The position numbers and the translations under genes were made by a program. From Alphaproteobacteria bacterium (lineage in GTDB: Bacteria; Pseudomonadota; Alphaproteobacteria; MPNO01; UBA830), in the NCBI GenBank assembly GCA_965221485.1, contig OZ244893.1:1929129-1993128 (forward strand): a stretch of DNA of 64,000 bases, in the 5' to 3' direction. Under the pieces are notes generated by a model. The model did no database searches, had not been told where the DNA came from, and worked only from the letters and a program-made list of their open reading frames with translations. This document shows positions 9,819-19,678 of this stretch, piece by piece; position 1 is the first letter of the stretch, and every line of letters begins with the position of its first letter.

Positions 9819-11534
9819 ATGACTGCACCCCCGAACAGCCTCACCGCTGCAGAAGCCATCGTCGATGCCCTGATCGAGGAGGGAATCGATACGGTCTTTG
9901 GCATGACCGGCGATACGGTCCTGCCGATCCTCGACGCACTGTATCACCGGAAGGACGAAATCCGTTACGTCACGGCCCGCTTCGAGACCGGCGCCACGGC
10001 GATGGCTGACGGCTATTCCCGTGTTACCGGCAAGGTTGGTTGTTGCCTGTTTCACGTCGGGCCCAGCATTGCCAATACGGTGCTTGGTGTCTGGTCGGCG
10101 CAAAAGGATGCCGTACCCCTCCTGGTCCTGTCGGCCAACCTCGACACCTTCCGGATCAATCGCAATCTCTGGCACGAATTTGACGTCATGGGCGTCATGA
10201 GTCGGATCACAAAATGGAATGACCAGCTGATCGAGCCCAAGGATGTTCCCCGACTGATGCGAACCGCCTTCCAGATCGCGAAGTCCGGCATGCCGGGGCC
10301 GGTCCATCTCGATTTTCCGAAGGACCTGCTGCCGCAGCCGATTCATGCGGATTCTGCCGATCTTTCAATTCGCGGAGGTGCCCGATCGGGCCGGATCGCC
10401 AACGCCGCCCGGCCGGAATCCCGTGCAGTCGAACAGACTGCCCGGATGATTGCCGATGCCACGCGGCCGCTGATCCTCGCGGGGCGAGGCGTCAAGTGGG
10501 CAAATGCGTCCGCTGTGCTTGTCACCATCGCGGAACGCCTTGCGATTCCGGTGGTGACAACCGAAATGGGCCGCGGAGTCATATCGGAAGATCATGCCCT
10601 TGCCGGTGGAATCGCCGGTCATTTCGGGCACTCGACGGCCAACACGCTCATGCGCGAGGCGGACCTCGTGCTGGGTCTCGGTTCACGTTTTCTCAATGTG
10701 AACACGATCAACTGGCAGCTGATCGCGGAAGACGCCCGGATTATCCAGGTGGAAGCAGACCCTTCGGAGCTTGGCCGTCAGTATGCCGTGGAACTCGGCA
10801 TTCACGCATGTTCCGGCGCATTCCTTGAAGATTTCCTGGACTGCTCTGAAAGACTCGGGCTTGCAGCCGACCGCTCGGTGCGTCGGCAACGGGAGGACCG
10901 GATTGCAAGTCTCCGGCTGGATCAGGACCAGCGATATTACGATACAGACCTTGACGCCGTTCCGATCAAACCGCAGCGTATCACCCGTGCCCTGGAGACC
11001 GTCTGCAAGCCCGATGCCCTCTTCCTGATCGGCGCCGGGCTTCACACCCAGTTTGCCCATGCCCTGAAAATTCGCCATCCCGAACAATATCAGTGGGCGG
11101 CCGGATCCGGCACGATGGCATGGGCCTTTCCCGCAGCCCTCGGCGCCAAGCTGGCCTGTCCTGATCGTCAGGTCGTCGTCCCTGTCGGCGATGGTGATTT
11201 CGGTATGAATGCGCAGGAAATCGAAACATCGATCCGGGAAAACCTGCCTGTAATCGTAGTGGTGTATAATGACTGCAGCTACGGAGCGCTCAGGGTGTTT
11301 CAGGACAGGGTCTATGGCGGACGCAGGATTGGTTCGGATTATGGAGAAACCGATCTGGTCAAGCTCGCCGAGGCCTACGGAGCCCGCGGCGAGAAAATCG
11401 AGCATCCCGACGCACTCGAGCCCGCTCTCAGGCGCGCCGCGGCGGCCAGGGTGACGAGCATCCTGGATGTCCGGATTGACGGGTGGGAGGATCATTACCG
11501 TTCCGACGAGTGGGCAGAGTTTCACAAGTTCTAG
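9819..11534 (+). CDS. Thiamine-diphosphate-dependent enzyme (acetolactate synthase-like superfamily)
   Basis: Catalytic Glu in ARFETGA, PGPVHLDFP, and ThDP motif GDGDFGM...VVYND. Confidence 0.9.
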   Translation: MTAPPNSLTAAEAIVDALIEEGIDTVFGMTGDTVLPILDALYHRKDEIRYVTARFETGATAMADGYSRVTGKVGCCLFHVGPSIANTVLGVWSAQKDAVPLLVLSANLDTFRINRNLWHEFDVMGVMSRITKWNDQLIEPKDVPRLMRTAFQIAKSGMPGPVHLDFPKDLLPQPIHADSADLSIRGGARSGRIANAARPESRAVEQTARMIADATRPLILAGRGVKWANASAVLVTIAERLAIPVVTTEMGRGVISEDHALAGGIAGHFGHSTANTLMREADLVLGLGSRFLNVNTINWQLIAEDARIIQVEADPSELGRQYAVELGIHACSGAFLEDFLDCSERLGLAADRSVRRQREDRIASLRLDQDQRYYDTDLDAVPIKPQRITRALETVCKPDALFLIGAGLHTQFAHALKIRHPEQYQWAAGSGTMAWAFPAALGAKLACPDRQVVVPVGDGDFGMNAQEIETSIRENLPVIVVVYNDCSYGALRVFQDRVYGGRRIGSDYGETDLVKLAEAYGARGEKIEHPDALEPALRRAAAARVTSILDVRIDGWEDHYRSDEWAEFHKF

Positions 11535-11594
11535 GGGCACAACAATGAAACCCTGTTCCCCGGTCTTCATCCGGACAGTCTCCTCGAGACTGTC

Positions 11595-12818
11595 GTGACC
11601 ACGCACCTGACACCGGATTCGGCCGAGGCGGTGCGTGACATCGTGGCCGATGCGCTCGCCCGGGAAGCGGGGCTGAACATTATCGGCAATGGCTCGAAAC
11701 GCAGTCTGGGCCATCCGTTTGAAGCCGCCACCACGGTCAGCCTGTCCGGGTTGTCGGGTGTTGTGCTCCATGAGCCCGAAGAACTTGTCCTGCGTGCCCG
11801 CCCGGGAACGCCGATGGATCAGCTTTTCCGGCAACTGGAGCAGCATGGTCAGATGCTTGCGTTCGAACCTCCGGATTATGGACCGCTTCTGGGAGAACTG
11901 CCTGATCGAGGGACGATTGGCGGCGTTATCGCCGGCAATCTGTCCGGTCCACGGCGCATAAAATCCGGTGCTGCCCGTGACCACTTTCTCGGTTTTGACG
12001 CGGTTTCGGGGAGAGCGGAGATCTTCCGGTCCGGCGGGCGGGTGGTAAAAAACGTGACCGGCTACGATCTGTCGAAATTGATGTGCGGTTCCTGGGGGAC
12101 TCTGGGCATCCTGACAGACATTATCCTCAAGGTCTTGCCTGCACCGGAAAGAACCCGGACCGTCCTTGTGGACTGCGCTGAGGCGGGGGCAGCGACCCGC
12201 GCAATGACACTGGCCTTGTCCAGTCCCTTTGACGTATCCGGAGCCGCGTGGATTCCTCGGGAATTCACTGCACGTTCGGCCGTTTCACATGTCGCCGGGG
12301 CACAGCGAGGTCTGATTGCGTTGCGGGTCGAAGGAATGGCGAACTCGGTTCTCGCCCGATGCGAGGCCATACGCCAGATTGTTTCTCCGTTTGGCGATCT
12401 GGAAGAATTGCACACAACCAACTCCAAAACATTCTGGCGTGAGCTTGCCGACGCCCGCTACCTTGCCGAGGATCCGGAGTCCGTTGTCTGGAGGATTTCC
12501 GTACCGCCGTCAGAAGCTGCGGCTATCCACGACACGCTGCACAGGGAATTGCCAGCCCGGGGGTGGCTTGACTGGGGCGGTGGACTGATATGGCTCGCCG
12601 TCGCAGCTGGTGCGGATGCTGGTGCGGCTTCCATTCGCAGGGAAGCCGAACGCTGCGGGGGACACGCGACCCTGGTCAGGGCCGATACGTCGCTGCGTCA
12701 AGACATTGATGTTTTCCAGCCCGAGCCTCCACCCCTTGCGCGTTTGACGCGGAATATCAGGGATGCATTTGACCCGAAGAGAATTCTCAACCCGGGACAT
12801 GCTTTCGGGAGACTTTAG
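11595..12818 (+). CDS. glcE: Glycolate oxidase FAD-binding subunit
   Basis: GTIGG...NLSGPRR...ARDH, GGRVVKNVTGYDLSKL and FDPKRILNPG. Confidence 0.92.
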   Translation: MTTHLTPDSAEAVRDIVADALAREAGLNIIGNGSKRSLGHPFEAATTVSLSGLSGVVLHEPEELVLRARPGTPMDQLFRQLEQHGQMLAFEPPDYGPLLGELPDRGTIGGVIAGNLSGPRRIKSGAARDHFLGFDAVSGRAEIFRSGGRVVKNVTGYDLSKLMCGSWGTLGILTDIILKVLPAPERTRTVLVDCAEAGAATRAMTLALSSPFDVSGAAWIPREFTARSAVSHVAGAQRGLIALRVEGMANSVLARCEAIRQIVSPFGDLEELHTTNSKTFWRELADARYLAEDPESVVWRISVPPSEAAAIHDTLHRELPARGWLDWGGGLIWLAVAAGADAGAASIRREAERCGGHATLVRADTSLRQDIDVFQPEPPPLARLTRNIRDAFDPKRILNPGHAFGRL

Positions 12819-12821
12819 CGA

Positions 12822-14126
12822 ATGCAAACGAATTTTTCAGAAAGCCAGCTCCTTGATCCGGATGTCAGGGAATCGGAGAAGATTCTCCGGAAATGCGTCC
12901 ATTGCGGTTTCTGCACAGCCACCTGCCCGACGTTTGTCTTGCTTGGCGACGAACTCGACAGCCCCCGCGGCCGCATTTATCTGATCAAGGACATGCTGGA
13001 GAACGACCGGCCAGCAACAGAGCCCGTCGTCCGTCATATCGACCGCTGCCTGTCCTGTCATTCCTGCATGACGACCTGTCCCTCTGGCGTCAATTACATG
13101 CATCTGGTCGATCATGCCCGCCACCATATCGAGGAAACCTATCGGCGGCCCCTGATGGATCGCTGGATTCGTGTGGCGCTGGCACTGACCATTCCGTTTC
13201 CCCGTCGATTTCGGCTGCTCATGCAGCTGGCGAAGGTCTCGCGACTGGCGGCCTTTTGTCTGCCCGGCAAACTTCGGGGCATGCTTTCCTTCATTCCCCA
13301 AGGCCGCCTCTCTGCTCCGCTGACGGGAAGCCGGGTCAATCGTGCGAATCCCGGGCCGTCCCGAAAACGGATCATATTGCTCGCAGGCTGTGTGCAGCAG
13401 GTGCTGGATCCCCGCATCAACGAGGCCACAGTGCGGCTTCTGAATCGCCATGGTTGTGACGTCCTCATAAGTGGGGATGCCGGGTGCTGTGGCGCCGCAA
13501 CCCATCATCTCGGAAAAACCGAAGCGGCCAGGGAATCCGCCCGTCGCAATGTGCGGGCCTGGAAACGTGAACTTGAAGACAATGGCCTGGATGCCATCGT
13601 CGTGAATGCTTCGGGATGCGGCACGATGGTCAAGGATTACGGGCATCTCCTGCGAAACGACGATGCGTATTCGGAGGATGCGGCACGGATCGCCGGGCTC
13701 GCACGGGATATTTCCGAAGTGCTGGCTGACCTCGACCTGTCATTCAGCGACGACGCGGATTCGCTTCGCGTCACTTATCACGGCCCCTGTTCCCTGAGAC
13801 ACGGGCAAAAAATCACGCGCCAACCGGTCGAGCTCCTCTCTGCCGCCGGATACACGGTGGGCGAGCCTGCCGAGGCGCATCTGTGCTGCGGTTCTGCAGG
13901 TACTTACAATCTTCTGCAACCGGAAATCGCCGTGCGCCTGCGGGATCGCAAGGCCGAAGAAATACGAAAGACAGTCCCGGAGGTCGTTGCGACCGCAAAC
14001 ATCGGTTGTATTGTCCAGCTCAGGGACGCTGTTGATGTTCCCGTGCTCCATATGGTTGAACTCCTCGACTGGGCTACGGGCGGACCCAGGCCAGAGATCC
14101 TGGATACCGGATCTGCCGGGGGTTGA
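12822..14126 (+). CDS. glcF: Glycolate oxidase iron-sulfur subunit
   Basis: MQTNF start, CVHCGFCTATCP and CLSCHSCMTTCP ferredoxin motifs, CCG domains (CCGA, CCGSAGTYN). Confidence 0.95.
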   Translation: MQTNFSESQLLDPDVRESEKILRKCVHCGFCTATCPTFVLLGDELDSPRGRIYLIKDMLENDRPATEPVVRHIDRCLSCHSCMTTCPSGVNYMHLVDHARHHIEETYRRPLMDRWIRVALALTIPFPRRFRLLMQLAKVSRLAAFCLPGKLRGMLSFIPQGRLSAPLTGSRVNRANPGPSRKRIILLAGCVQQVLDPRINEATVRLLNRHGCDVLISGDAGCCGAATHHLGKTEAARESARRNVRAWKRELEDNGLDAIVVNASGCGTMVKDYGHLLRNDDAYSEDAARIAGLARDISEVLADLDLSFSDDADSLRVTYHGPCSLRHGQKITRQPVELLSAAGYTVGEPAEAHLCCGSAGTYNLLQPEIAVRLRDRKAEEIRKTVPEVVATANIGCIVQLRDAVDVPVLHMVELLDWATGGPRPEILDTGSAGG

Positions 14127-14320
14127 GATCTTTTCGCGTGAGGACACCAGACTTTGCCTCACGGTACGCCCGTGATGGGATCGGCTTTCGCCGGGAGTGC
14201 GGGAAGCAAGGGGGCAGCAAAACAGTCCACCCCGCCAGTCACGTGAACCTCTGTTGCGATGCGGCAGGCAGTCTCGGGACAGGGCAGTGGGTGACATCCC
14301 CAACCCTGGGAGTGTGCAAA

Positions 14321-14875
14321 ATGCGGAAGTTCATGACCTGCCTTGTGACAGCGGCGACCCTGACCTTCAGCCTCGCTCTTCACGCAGGACAAGATGATCC
14401 GCGGCTCGAAGGTCTGTTCATCGCCTTGAAGGCCGCGGAAAACCGACAGGCAGCGCAGTCCATTGAGTTCGAGATCTGGCAGATCTGGACGGTGTCAGGA
14501 ACTCCCGCCGTCGACAGGGACATGGCAGAGGGCATTCACGCCATGAATTCCGGCATGGGGCAAACGGCTCTCGCAGCGTTCAGCCGGGTTGTCGCAGCGC
14601 TGCCTGACTTCGCAGAGGGCTGGAACAGGAGAGCCACCCTGAACTATCTCCTTGGCCGTTATCAGGAGTCCATCCACGACATCGAAAAGACCCTTGAGCT
14701 GGAACCCAGGCATTTCGGGGCATGGTCCGGACTGGGTCTGGTCAATCTCAAGTTGGGTCACGAGCATGACGCGCTTGATGCGTTCGAGGCGGCGCTCGCC
14801 ATCCACCCCAACCTTGCAGGGGCAAAGAGGATGGCCCACGAACTTCGGTTGCGTCTCTCCGGCCGTGCCATTTGA
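14321..14875 (+). CDS. Exported tetratricopeptide-repeat protein
   Basis: Signal-peptide-like N-terminus from ATG 14321. TPR motifs AEGWNRRAT and EPRHFGAWSGLG. Confidence 0.8.
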   Translation: MRKFMTCLVTAATLTFSLALHAGQDDPRLEGLFIALKAAENRQAAQSIEFEIWQIWTVSGTPAVDRDMAEGIHAMNSGMGQTALAAFSRVVAALPDFAEGWNRRATLNYLLGRYQESIHDIEKTLELEPRHFGAWSGLGLVNLKLGHEHDALDAFEAALAIHPNLAGAKRMAHELRLRLSGRAI

Positions 14876-15082
14876 GAGATTGCCAGACTAAAATAAGTTG
14901 TCACTGCTCCCGGAAGTTTCACGTTCTGCATACCGGAGCTTCAGACCTCGGGCTCCTTCGCTGCGGATGATCAGAGATAAGGAAGGGTGTCGGACAGGCC
15001 GCTGTTGTTGGACGAGGGACAGGTTCGACAAATCGGAGATGGTTTGGACTTTCGCGGGTGACGAACCGCATCCTCCCCATCC

Positions 15083-15622
15083 TCAGTTCTCTGGACGATA
15101 GCTTGCGAGGGCTTCCTCGAGGATCTCACGTGCAGGCCGGGATCCGTCGAGTGGCCGCAATGTCCGGCTCGTGATCTTCCATCCTTCGGGCGTTCGTTTC
15201 AGCGTCCATCGGTTGGCGGCCACACGATGGATACGGAAGCCCGTCGAATATCCGTGATTGGGCAATTCCCGAACATCGCCAAGCCGATCCGGATGAAGGA
15301 GTTGGAGATATGTTGTGACCGACGCCTTATCTCCGTGCAGGGCAATGTGCGGCAGCCCGGTAAAGTGGGCAAGGCCGTCCTCGATCGCGCGCTGGTGATC
15401 AGGTGTCCGGGTCATAGCGGCCACCGCTTCATTTCCGACCGCGCTGTCAAGACCTTCGCCACGGTCAAAGCTTCCGTCTTCAGTGTAGACTATGCGGGTA
15501 TAGTAATCCGCCGCGGTATCAGCACTGGGCGGGTGTGACGCAATCAGGTTATAAATTTCAAGCCTGTCCTCGATCTCCCGCAAACGTGCCTCCAGCGATC
15601 CTTCAGTGTCGCTTCGTCTCAT
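15083..15622 (-). CDS. SnoaL/NTF2-like family protein
   Basis: RLREIEDRLEIYNLIASH...YTEDG pattern. GGAGAAAGG RBS precedes ATG 15622. Confidence 0.8.
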   Translation of the reverse strand: MRRSDTEGSLEARLREIEDRLEIYNLIASHPPSADTAADYYTRIVYTEDGSFDRGEGLDSAVGNEAVAAMTRTPDHQRAIEDGLAHFTGLPHIALHGDKASVTTYLQLLHPDRLGDVRELPNHGYSTGFRIHRVAANRWTLKRTPEGWKITSRTLRPLDGSRPAREILEEALASYRPEN

Positions 15623-15768
15623 CCTTTCTCCTCCATTCCCTGACATCCTGCCCACAGAACTCGCATCCGCTGCAGGATAAGCATATGCAGACCATTGCGG
15701 CCCGGAATGACGGCTGGACGTCCATATTGCCCGTGACACCCGCAAACCGATCTGTCGGGCCGGTATCG

Positions 15769-16485
15769 TCAGCCGGAATCCTCAACTGTGCGCATCAACA
15801 GTTCGAACAGCGGTTCCGGGGCGGTGATGTGCGGGCTGTGACTGGCATCGAGTTCATGACAGCTCCAGCCCGGTGCAGCAATTGCGTGCTCGGCGAACCG
15901 TCGAAACGGATCGCCGGGAACGGCACGGGTACAGTAAATGTAGCTGCGTGGAAGAGTGATCGGACTGTCTGACATCCGCAAGGGTTGCTCGAAGGTTGCA
16001 AGCGGATGTGCCATGCGCCGATTCCGGATCCATTCCTTATCCAAAGCACTGGTATCGTCGGGAATCGGACTGGGTGGCACCAGCCAGCCGTGGCCTTCTT
16101 TCCGTGCTGCCGCCTGCATGGACGTTCGCGTGGCCTCAGGGACCAGATCGAGAAGGCTTTGACCGTCTTCAGGCACGAATGCATCCAGATAGACAAGTCG
16201 GGCGATACGGTCACGAGACCGGTCCGCAACCGCAGTGGCAACCATGCCTCCATAGCTGTGGCCAATCAGCACGACATCGCGAAGATCTTCAAATTCAAGC
16301 ACAGCCCGAATATCGGCGATATGGGTTTCAAGATCGATCGTACGCGAAGCAAGATGACGCCGTTCGCCGATTCCGGTCATGGTCGGTGTCCACAGCTCAT
16401 GTCCCGCCTCACGCATCAGGGGGCGCATCCTGAGCCATGCCCAGCCCGCCGACCAAGCACCGTGCACCACCACCAGGTCTGCCAT
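15769..16485 (-). CDS. Alpha/beta hydrolase (esterase)
   Basis: VVVHGAW, nucleophile elbow GHSYGG, YLDAFVP and His in DASHSP. Confidence 0.9.
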   Translation of the reverse strand: MADLVVVHGAWSAGWAWLRMRPLMREAGHELWTPTMTGIGERRHLASRTIDLETHIADIRAVLEFEDLRDVVLIGHSYGGMVATAVADRSRDRIARLVYLDAFVPEDGQSLLDLVPEATRTSMQAAARKEGHGWLVPPSPIPDDTSALDKEWIRNRRMAHPLATFEQPLRMSDSPITLPRSYIYCTRAVPGDPFRRFAEHAIAAPGWSCHELDASHSPHITAPEPLFELLMRTVEDSG

Positions 16486-16962
16486 GTCGCCATGCTCCCG
16501 CCGCCGTCAACTGTTGGGTCTGCGATTGTATCACAGCCCGGGTTGACCGGCGTCTGCAACCCTCCGTTGACTGTTCTGTCCCAACAGTCCAATGACGAAA
16601 TGATGGTGTCGGAATCTCCGTTTTCCCTCAGGGCGTTGCAGGAGGTTCAGGTTCGCCAATTTTGATCCCCGAGCGTACAGAATCCCTTCGCCCTCCGGTC
16701 AGAGCCATGGACAATTCGATCTCGCAACGGATATTGCGGCGTGCCACCCTTCTCGATTTCCCGCTGTCAACCAGGGAATTTCTGCGCCTATGGCATCAGC
16801 ATGCAGATCGGGCTTCGAACGGTTGCGCGGCACCGGGTCCACTGGCGGATTGATGGTGTCGGGCACGAAGACCGCCGCCGAGGTGATCCGGTACGGAAAC
16901 CGGGAGCGCCGGACGACGGCGTCCAGTGCGTCGTTGCCCTACTGGATCCGGTCGAGCAAGGC

Positions 16963-18387
16963 TTACCGCGGTCCCCTGGCTCGCACGATCCGCAATATGT
17001 TGGTTGTGCCCGGGGTGCCAAATGGCACCCCGGCTGTAACGACGAGCCGATCCCCTTCGCGGACAAGACCCTCCAGAAGGGCGAGCCGCGAAGACTTTTC
17101 CACCATGTCGGAAAAATTCATGACATCAGCTGTCACGACCGTATGCGCGCCCCAGACGATGGCAAGCCGGCGAGCCGTTCGCACATGTTCCGTCAAACTC
17201 AGGATCGGAACCGACGGGCGCTCCCGAGCCGCCCGAAGTGTTGTCGATCCAGATGTCGTGAAGGTCACGATGGCAGCAGCGCCAATAGTTTCGGACACTT
17301 GGCGCGCCGCAGCCGTGATGGCATCCGCAGTCGTGTGTTCATGTGTCAAATACAGTGCGTCCATGATCGCCCTGTAACTGTCATCGCGCTCCACCCGCGC
17401 AATGATGCGGTCCATGACCGCCACCGCAGCATCCGGATACTGTCCGGCGGCAGTTTCCGCCGACAGCATCACCGCGTCGGCACCGTCGTATATTGCGTTT
17501 GCAACATCGGACGCTTCAGCCCGGGTCGCCATCGGTGAATGAACCATGGACTCAAGCATCTGGGTTGCAACCACCACCGGTTTTCCTGCCTGACGGCAAA
17601 GGCGCACCACCCGTTTCTGAATGGCAGGCACGTCCTCGGGCTCAAGTTCAACCCCGAGATCACCCCGAGCCACCATGATGGCATCGGAAAGCGCGATAAC
17701 CTCATCGAGACGGTCGATTGCTGCGGGTTTCTCCAGTTTGGACATGATCGCGGCCCGATCACCGATAATCTCTCGCGCCCTGGCGACGTCCTCAGGCCGC
17801 TGAACAAACGAGAGCGCTATCCAGTCTGCACCCTCAGACAGCGCAAATTCCAGATCAGTGACATCCTTCTCGGTGAGCGCTGCCAGGCTCAGAATCACGT
17901 CTGGAAGATTGACGCCCTTTCTGTCAGTGAGACGCCCGCCGGTGAGCACAACGGTCTCCGCAAAGTCTTTTCCGACCTCCGTGACCTCCAATCGTATTCG
18001 GCCGTCGTCAAGCAGGATCTTCATTTCAGGCTGCAAGGGTCCGAACACCTCGGGATGCGGAAGACTTGCACATCGTTCGTTTCCCACCCGTTCGTTCAAT
18101 TCAAGGCGAAACGGTTGGTCAGGTTTCAGAAGGGCGCCCCCTGCTTCCATGACACCCACCCGCAGCTTGGGCCCCTGCATGTCAGCAAGAATTGCGATCG
18201 ATTTGTGATGGCGGCGCTCGACAGCCCGGATTGAACGGATGAAGGATCTGTGTGTGCTGTGTTCTCCGTGACTGAAATTAAGCCGGAATACGTCAGCGCC
18301 TGCCTCGAACAAACGTTCGATTTCGCTCTCGCGGGCCGTCGCAGGCCCGAGGGTGGCAATGACCTTGGCTCTCCGGTTTCGCTTCAT
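16963..18387 (-). CDS. pyk: Pyruvate kinase
   Basis: KVIATLGPAT, FRLNFSHG, MVARGDLGVE, ATQMLESM and MLSAETA. Start ATG 18387. Confidence 0.97.
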   Translation of the reverse strand: MKRNRRAKVIATLGPATARESEIERLFEAGADVFRLNFSHGEHSTHRSFIRSIRAVERRHHKSIAILADMQGPKLRVGVMEAGGALLKPDQPFRLELNERVGNERCASLPHPEVFGPLQPEMKILLDDGRIRLEVTEVGKDFAETVVLTGGRLTDRKGVNLPDVILSLAALTEKDVTDLEFALSEGADWIALSFVQRPEDVARAREIIGDRAAIMSKLEKPAAIDRLDEVIALSDAIMVARGDLGVELEPEDVPAIQKRVVRLCRQAGKPVVVATQMLESMVHSPMATRAEASDVANAIYDGADAVMLSAETAAGQYPDAAVAVMDRIIARVERDDSYRAIMDALYLTHEHTTADAITAAARQVSETIGAAAIVTFTTSGSTTLRAARERPSVPILSLTEHVRTARRLAIVWGAHTVVTADVMNFSDMVEKSSRLALLEGLVREGDRLVVTAGVPFGTPGTTNILRIVRARGPR

Positions 18388-18436
18388 GGAAGATTTATAG
18401 TCGGGAAACTGGCAGCGTACCACGTTCGGGTAAGCG

Positions 18437-19678
18437 TCATGTGAGGAGAATTGCGCGAAAGTCGTTCACGTTCGTTCGCGTGGGGCCGGTTTGTACCAGA
18501 TCCCCCAGCCGCTCAAAAAATCCGTAACTGTCATGCTGTTCAAGCATCCGGGAAGGATCCATTCCCAGGGCACGGGACCGGTTCAGCGTATCGGGGTCGA
18601 TGACAGCTCCAGCGGCATCTCCGGATCCGTCAATGCCGTCGGTGTCGCACGCAATTGCATAAATGTTCGATGCACCTTCCAGTGCAAGGGCAAGCGCCAG
18701 CAAATACTCGCAGTTTGGCCCTCCCCTGCCCCGGGTCCCTGTATGCGTCACCGTCAACTCACCGCCAGAAATCACCACCCCGCGCGGCCATTGCTTCGCC
18801 ATCAACGCATGTTCCCGGGCGATCTCCGCCGCTTCACCCTCCAGTTCGCTGCCCAGATTGTTGACCCGCAATCCGGCCGTCCTGGCAAATTCCGCAGCGG
18901 CTCCCAGAGATTGATCCGGGCGAGCAATGATTTTGTAGTCCGCGCCTGAAAAACAGGGATCGCCGGGCTTTACGGTTTCCCAGTCTCCGCGCGCGAGTGC
19001 AGTCAGGGCACCCGGAGGCAGATCGAGGCCGTATCGGGAAGCGACTTCCAGGGCGTCGGCACAGGTCGTCGGATCCGGCGCTGTTGGCCCGGACCCGATG
19101 ACCCCCGGGTCATCGCCCGGTACGTCCGATATTGCCAATGTGACCACTCGTGCCGGTGCTGCCGCAGCCGCAAGGCGTCCTCCCTTGATGGCCGAAAGGT
19201 GCTTTCGCAGGCAATTCATGTCCGATATTGGTGCCCCTGCTTTCAGAAGTGCGCGATTGATGGCGTGCTTTTCGGCAAGGCCGAGGCCCTCCGCCGGCTC
19301 GACCAGCAATGCCGATGCACCGCCTGACAGGAGGAACAGGAGAAGATCCCCGTCCCGCAGCGACCCGGCGGCTGACAGGAAGCGCGAGGCTGCCATTCGG
19401 CCCGAAGAGTCCGGTAGTGGATGACCGGCCTCAATCAGTTCGATGTGGCGCAGGGGAAGGCCATGCCCGTAGCGGGTCACCGCCATTCCCTCCACCGGTC
19501 CGGTCCAACTGCCTTCCACAGCGTTGGCCATGGAAGCTGCAGCCTTTCCGGCAGCAAGAACCAGCGTTCGTCCTGAGCGGGACGGGAGGTATTCCGGAAC
19601 GACTCGCGCCGGATCCGCGGCAGCCACGGCCTCCTGGAACAATCTGGCAAGAAATGCCCGCGGTTTGATGCCGGTCAT
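18437..19678 (-). CDS. ttuD: Glycerate 2-kinase / hydroxypyruvate reductase (MOFRL family, TtuD-like)
   Basis: AAGKAA, LLSGGASAL, RKHLSAIKGGRLA, DGIDGS and TRTNVNDFRAIL. Directly upstream of pyk, as in ttuD-ttuE. Confidence 0.9.
   Translation of the reverse strand: MTGIKPRAFLARLFQEAVAAADPARVVPEYLPSRSGRTLVLAAGKAAASMANAVEGSWTGPVEGMAVTRYGHGLPLRHIELIEAGHPLPDSSGRMAASRFLSAAGSLRDGDLLLFLLSGGASALLVEPAEGLGLAEKHAINRALLKAGAPISDMNCLRKHLSAIKGGRLAAAAAPARVVTLAISDVPGDDPGVIGSGPTAPDPTTCADALEVASRYGLDLPPGALTALARGDWETVKPGDPCFSGADYKIIARPDQSLGAAAEFARTAGLRVNNLGSELEGEAAEIAREHALMAKQWPRGVVISGGELTVTHTGTRGRGGPNCEYLLALALALEGASNIYAIACDTDGIDGSGDAAGAVIDPDTLNRSRALGMDPSRMLEQHDSYGFFERLGDLVQTGPTRTNVNDFRAILLT

Noticed and set aside
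16707-16853. 48-aa ORF MDNSISQRILRRATLLDFPLSTREFLRLW...
   Set aside because: No clear RBS or recognisable motif; cannot be supported without homology search.
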